A stretch of DNA of 64,000 bases, from positions 2,965,281 to 3,029,280 of the forward strand of contig OZ244136.1 of assembly GCA_965215975.1 (NCBI GenBank), in the 5' to 3' direction. A program made the position numbers and the translations under genes. The stretch is from Dehalococcoidia bacterium. GTDB lineage: Bacteria > Chloroflexota > Dehalococcoidia > Lucifugimonadales > UBA3495. Below the pieces are notes generated by a model that saw only the letters and a program-made list of their open reading frames with translations, was not told where the DNA came from and searched no databases. Below are positions 62,737-64,000 of the stretch, piece after piece. Position 1 is the first letter of the stretch; every line of letters begins with the position of its first letter.

Positions 62737-63966
62737 ATGCAGGCAGGACTTCCCCCCGAACTCGATGGCCTCAAGAACATGGTCCGGCAGATTGTAGGAG
62801 ACGAGTGCGTACCTCTGGAAGCCGAATATCTGGCGAATCCACCTCAAGAGGGAGTTGATGACGGTGGGCCCAAAGGAATAGCTGAGACTGTTATGGGGAT
62901 AGTGGGGTCACTATCTCCTGAAAAGTGGGGTCGCCTGAACCAGGTGTCCAAGGACACGGGAATCTTCACTTCATTTGTCCCCGAACAGTATGGCGGGGGC
63001 GGAATGGGAGCCCTCGGACACGTGGTGATGGACGAAGAAATCCACAAGAGCATCGTTCAGTTGCCTACCTCTCCTGTGCCAATGATGATGATCGGTTCCT
63101 GCACTTCGGAGCAGGAAGAGAAATACCTTTACCCAGCCATTCAGGGAGACCTGAATTACGCCTTTGGGCAAACTGAGCCCCAGGCTGGTTCCGACCCGGG
63201 CGGGATGATGCAGACCAGGGCTGTAAGGGACGGGGATGACTGGGTCATCAGTGGGACAAAGATGTTCATCTCTGGCGCCGCTTCGGCTGACTTTCTCCTG
63301 GTGCAGGCGGTGACCGACCCGGAAAAGCGGCAGCGTGGCGGAATAACGATGTTCATCATCGACAATCCCACCCCAGGTTTGAGTTTTGACCCAATAAGGG
63401 TGTGGATAGTCCCCACTCGCGCTCAGCAATATATGGTAAATCTCGACGAAGTTCGCGTGCCTCAAACCCAGGTTTTGGGGGAAGTTGGGATGGGTTTCAG
63501 CCTTGGGCAACAATGGCTGGTTCACCATGACCGATTGCTAAGAGGCTCGATGGCATTGGGTATCCTTACAAGGGCCCTGGAAATGGCCATAGATTGGGCA
63601 AAGCAGAGGGTTACCTATGGGCGCCCCATTAGCGAGCGGCAGGCAATCCAGTGGATGCTGACGGATGTCTACATAGACATTATGAATTTACGCGCGGTGA
63701 CCCGAGAGACGGCGGCCAGGGCCGACCAGGGAGAGGACGTTCGGGTGGAAGCCTCTATGATTAAGTATTGCGCCGGCGAGTGGGGCTGCCGAAGCATAGA
63801 TAAAATAATGCAGATTTTCGGCGGGATGGGAGAGACCCTCGACATGCCCATTCCTCACTGGTATCACCTGTTGCGCCACGCCCGAATTGGTGGTGGCACC
63901 TCTGAAATTCACAAATTCGTAATGGCACGCGGCCTGCTGGACGGCAGGGTATCCTTCCAGGGTTAG
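62737..63966 (+). CDS. Acyl-CoA dehydrogenase family protein
   Basis: 409 aa. TEPQAGSDPGGM, the I(S)GTK.FIS pattern and C-terminal IGGGTSEI are typical of ACADs. Confidence 0.9.
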   Translation: MQAGLPPELDGLKNMVRQIVGDECVPLEAEYLANPPQEGVDDGGPKGIAETVMGIVGSLSPEKWGRLNQVSKDTGIFTSFVPEQYGGGGMGALGHVVMDEEIHKSIVQLPTSPVPMMMIGSCTSEQEEKYLYPAIQGDLNYAFGQTEPQAGSDPGGMMQTRAVRDGDDWVISGTKMFISGAASADFLLVQAVTDPEKRQRGGITMFIIDNPTPGLSFDPIRVWIVPTRAQQYMVNLDEVRVPQTQVLGEVGMGFSLGQQWLVHHDRLLRGSMALGILTRALEMAIDWAKQRVTYGRPISERQAIQWMLTDVYIDIMNLRAVTRETAARADQGEDVRVEASMIKYCAGEWGCRSIDKIMQIFGGMGETLDMPIPHWYHLLRHARIGGGTSEIHKFVMARGLLDGRVSFQG

Positions 63967-64000
63967 GGCTCAAGTCCGCAATTTGAACGGTTTCTCTTTT

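Noticed and set aside
1-64000. CRISPR arrays, rRNA genes, prophage or integron structures
   Set aside because: Scanning by eye I found no regularly spaced direct repeats, no rRNA-like sequence, and no integrase, capsid or terminase-like ORFs. A repeat finder such as CRT or minced would be needed to exclude short arrays formally.
1-64000. Selenoprotein genes (in-frame TGA) within the window
   Set aside because: Given tRNA-Sec and selA, I looked for adjacent same-strand, same-frame ORF pairs split by one TGA, and for truncated redox proteins (CxxU). I found none. trxA has a normal CGPC site. This is only a visual check, not a SECIS scan.

Overview
This is a 64-kb chromosomal segment of a moderately GC-rich bacterium. 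Genes are tightly packed, often with 1-30 nt overlaps. Taxonomy cannot be established from the window; the gene content would fit a free-living Chloroflexota-like organism, but that is only a guess. I can support about 58 protein-coding genes, one tRNA (a tRNA-Sec candidate), one IS630-family insertion sequence and several intrinsic-terminator-like hairpins. I saw no rRNA, CRISPR array or prophage. Most of the window is housekeeping or central metabolism: a ThDP enzyme with an ADP-forming acyl-CoA synthetase, MmgE/PrpD, an ECF sigma/anti-sigma pair, ThyX, E2/E3 of a 2-oxoacid dehydrogenase, Tat components, thioredoxin, a three-subunit molybdenum hydroxylase, LutABC, glycerate kinase, two M20 amidohydrolases, cysteine desulfurase, a site-2 protease, agmatinase with an AdoMetDC-like enzyme, a GldG-type ABC system, CinA, CoaE, RimI, SelA and an acyl-CoA dehydrogenase. 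The parts worth a second look are: (1) a solitary 1229-aa CHAT-like/NB-ARC/TPR (NLR- or Avs-like) protein whose caspase-type nucleophile appears to be replaced; (2) a translationally coupled coaE / CbbQ-NorQ AAA+ / CoA-pyrophosphatase NUDIX / 1086-aa VWA (CbbO-NorD-like) cluster with no RuBisCO or NO reductase nearby; (3) an m5U-RNA-methyltransferase::Maf fusion; (4) an IS630-family element inserted at a CTAG site inside the molybdenum hydroxylase operon, with its stop codon supplied by the target; (5) selenocysteine machinery (tRNA-Sec, SelA) with no recognisable selenoprotein gene in the window; (6) a double-domain ThyX whose signature motif is split between the two halves; (7) an MNT/HEPN toxin-antitoxin pair wedged between metabolic operons. 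All functional calls rest on motif recognition by eye and need HMM or BLAST confirmation.
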